Below, piece by piece: positions 61,936 to 64,000 of a DNA stretch of 64,000 nucleotides. The stretch is taken from the IMG/VR virus record IMGVR_UViG_3300019776_000564, positions 1 through 64,000 of that record; one strand, written 5' to 3'. The DNA comes from a virus. The notes beneath the pieces were generated by a model. It worked only from the letters and a program-made list of their open reading frames with translations. It was not told the DNA's origin and did no database searches. Positions within the stretch are counted from its first letter, which is position 1; every line of letters begins with the position of its first letter. The translations under genes and the position numbers were made by a program.

Positions 61936-64000
61936 ATGAGTTTGGGCCAACTGGTTCTGGATCTGAAGCTCAACGGCAACGAATTTACCGTGGGGCTGAA
62001 ATCAGCTTCAGGTCAATTGGGTCAATTCGTTGCTGGCGCTCAGCGCGCTAACAGTGTCATCAAGAGCGCTGAGCGCTCCACTTATTCGTGGGGCAATGTC
62101 ATTAGAGATACGGTTATTGGGCTTGCTCTTGCCCGTGACGCTGTACGTACTCTAAGCGCAGTTACATTTGGTTGGCAGAAGGCTATCGTCGGTGTAAACA
62201 GCGATATGGAGAGATCCATCGCTCTGATGAAAAACTTCTCGAAAGAGACCAACTCCGTAAAAGCTACATCCGAAGCCGTCTCTGACGTTAACAAGCTTCT
62301 GGAAAGAGCATCAACATCCCCATTCTCTCTCACCGCTATTACCGACGCCTTTGTTAAGCTGCGCGTTGGTGGCGTTGAGCCTGTATTTAAGTCGATGGAC
62401 ACCCTTGTGGACTCAGTGTCTGCATTTGGTGGTAGCGGCGAAAACCTTAAGCGTGCCGGCGTTGCTATTCAGCAGATGGCAGGTAAGGGCGTTGTCTCTA
62501 TGGAAGAGCTTCGTCAGCAACTTGGTGAAGCTGTCCCGACTGCAATTAACGCAATGGCTGCCGGCCTTGGTACAACTTACTCGAAACTGGTTAAAGAGAT
62601 TAGCCAGGGTAAAGTTCTATCTAAGCCAGCGATCATCGCAATGATGCAACAGATGGAACTCCAATTTAAGGGTTCCGCCGCAAACATGATGAACACATGG
62701 GGCGGCGCTGTTGCTCAGTTTGAAACTGATGCCAAGAAACTAGCCGTAGCATTCGGTGGTCTTGGTAAAGATGGCTACGAAGAAGGCGGCTATCTAAAGA
62801 CGATCACGAAGGAACTCAAAGGCCTTAACGAGGTTCTTTCAGACCCGGAGATCATCAACAGCGCCAGAGATATCGGTAAGGCTGTTGGTGAGATGATCAC
62901 AAGCCTTGCAAACGGTACAAAATGGGTTATTGCTCACCGTGAGGCGATCTATGAGTGGGGTAAGGCTCTTCTTTATCTCTGGGCTGCGTACAAAGGCGCA
63001 TCGATTGTAAGTGGGGTTCTGAAGACTGCTGGCGCAGCAACAGAAACTCTTGCAATGAAACTCATTCAGATGAGGATGCAAGGTCAGAGCGTAACGACCG
63101 CGATGGGCGGTATGGTTAGCTCTATGAGTGGCTGGAACAGCACAGCGGCTATTGCAGCGGGTGGCGCTACAAGAATCGCAACCGGGTCTAACGCTGCCGG
63201 CGTAGCCGTTCGGGCGCTTGGTGGCGCCATTGGCATACTCGCAGGCCCAATCGGTCTTGCCGCAACGCTCGCTGTCAGCCTTGGTATGGCTTACTTTGAG
63301 TCAAAAAGAGGCGCGGATGCAGCTAGAGATGCCGTTCTGGGCCTCAATGGCGCTCTGACTGATTACAACCAGCTTTCGATTCTTGGTCAGGCCAGAAACG
63401 ATAAGAGAAAGTCTTATGAAGAGCTGTACGGCCCGGAAGCTGAAAAGAACCTTGCTTACCAAAGTAAGGAATACGTAGAGCAGTACAAGAAGGAAAAAGC
63501 GGCAGCGAAAGCTGACCTTGATAAGACCGATAGCGATCTGCTTAAGGCTCGCCTGAACGTTGCTCGGACTTATGCAAATACTGAGGCTCAAGGTGTTATC
63601 TCGGCAAACTCTGCCGCAATCGCTGAGATCTCCAAGTCATACAAAATTGACTCTGCTGCCATCTATGAGCAGTTCGAGGAAGAGGCCAAGAAGAGCGGCA
63701 AGGCTTTCGACGAGGCCGGTTACAAGAATGCCTTGAAGCAACGAGGCAGCATCAAGTACCAAGAAGAGATTGATACCTACGTAGAGGCAAGAAACCAAGC
63801 TATCGAGGCTAAAAACAAGCTTGTAGCGGAGAACACGGATTCAAAAGGAAGGCTGATTGTTGATGATGAAAAACTCAAGCAGCTTGAAACCGCAAAGACT
63901 CTGATCTCCAGCTTCGATGAGAAAATCGCAGATACCAAACTCTCAATGCAGGAGCTTGGTAAATATGATCTCGCCTCTACTCTTGTAAATGGCCCAGGCG
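61936..64000 (+). CDS. Tape measure protein (3'-truncated by window)
   Basis: Long Ala/Gly-rich ORF after chaperones; QQMAGKGVVSMEELRQQLGE. Confidence 0.9.
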   Translation, partial: MSLGQLVLDLKLNGNEFTVGLKSASGQLGQFVAGAQRANSVIKSAERSTYSWGNVIRDTVIGLALARDAVRTLSAVTFGWQKAIVGVNSDMERSIALMKNFSKETNSVKATSEAVSDVNKLLERASTSPFSLTAITDAFVKLRVGGVEPVFKSMDTLVDSVSAFGGSGENLKRAGVAIQQMAGKGVVSMEELRQQLGEAVPTAINAMAAGLGTTYSKLVKEISQGKVLSKPAIIAMMQQMELQFKGSAANMMNTWGGAVAQFETDAKKLAVAFGGLGKDGYEEGGYLKTITKELKGLNEVLSDPEIINSARDIGKAVGEMITSLANGTKWVIAHREAIYEWGKALLYLWAAYKGASIVSGVLKTAGAATETLAMKLIQMRMQGQSVTTAMGGMVSSMSGWNSTAAIAAGGATRIATGSNAAGVAVRALGGAIGILAGPIGLAATLAVSLGMAYFESKRGADAARDAVLGLNGALTDYNQLSILGQARNDKRKSYEELYGPEAEKNLAYQSKEYVEQYKKEKAAAKADLDKTDSDLLKARLNVARTYANTEAQGVISANSAAIAEISKSYKIDSAAIYEQFEEEAKKSGKAFDEAGYKNALKQRGSIKYQEEIDTYVEARNQAIEAKNKLVAENTDSKGRLIVDDEKLKQLETAKTLISSFDEKIADTKLSMQELGKYDLASTLVNGPG

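Overview
This window is part of a lytic tailed-phage genome, probably a siphovirus of a gammaproteobacterial host (Pseudomonas is a guess from gene content, not shown by the sequence). Order: nucleotide metabolism (nrdA end, nrdB, thyA, DHFR-like, NUDIX, kinase), ~27 kb of small accessory ORFs, a repeat-rich and partly non-coding zone (30-36.7 kb), glutaredoxin, HslV-like protease, TerB, tRNAs, SF2 helicase, a ParB/ParB/ABC-ATPase/GNAT cluster, then head and tail genes into the tape measure gene. The most unusual signal is that CC/GG dinucleotides appear to carry information. (1) A 1,490-bp island (35073-36562) has no CC or GG at all, so its three proteins contain no Gly, Pro or Trp. It is flanked by a Fur-box-like array on the left and a 20-bp inverted repeat plus three direct repeats on the right. 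(2) About 18 promoter-like sites read CC-N8-CC-N13-(-10 hexamer), and the DNA after them is CC/GG-free. My inference is a CC/GG-targeted DNA modification read by a phage transcription factor; type I-F CRISPR PAM avoidance is the main alternative for the island. Separately, 12 unrelated small proteins share a C-terminal G-x-[W/F]-[S/A/Q] tail. All counts were made by eye and should be confirmed computationally.
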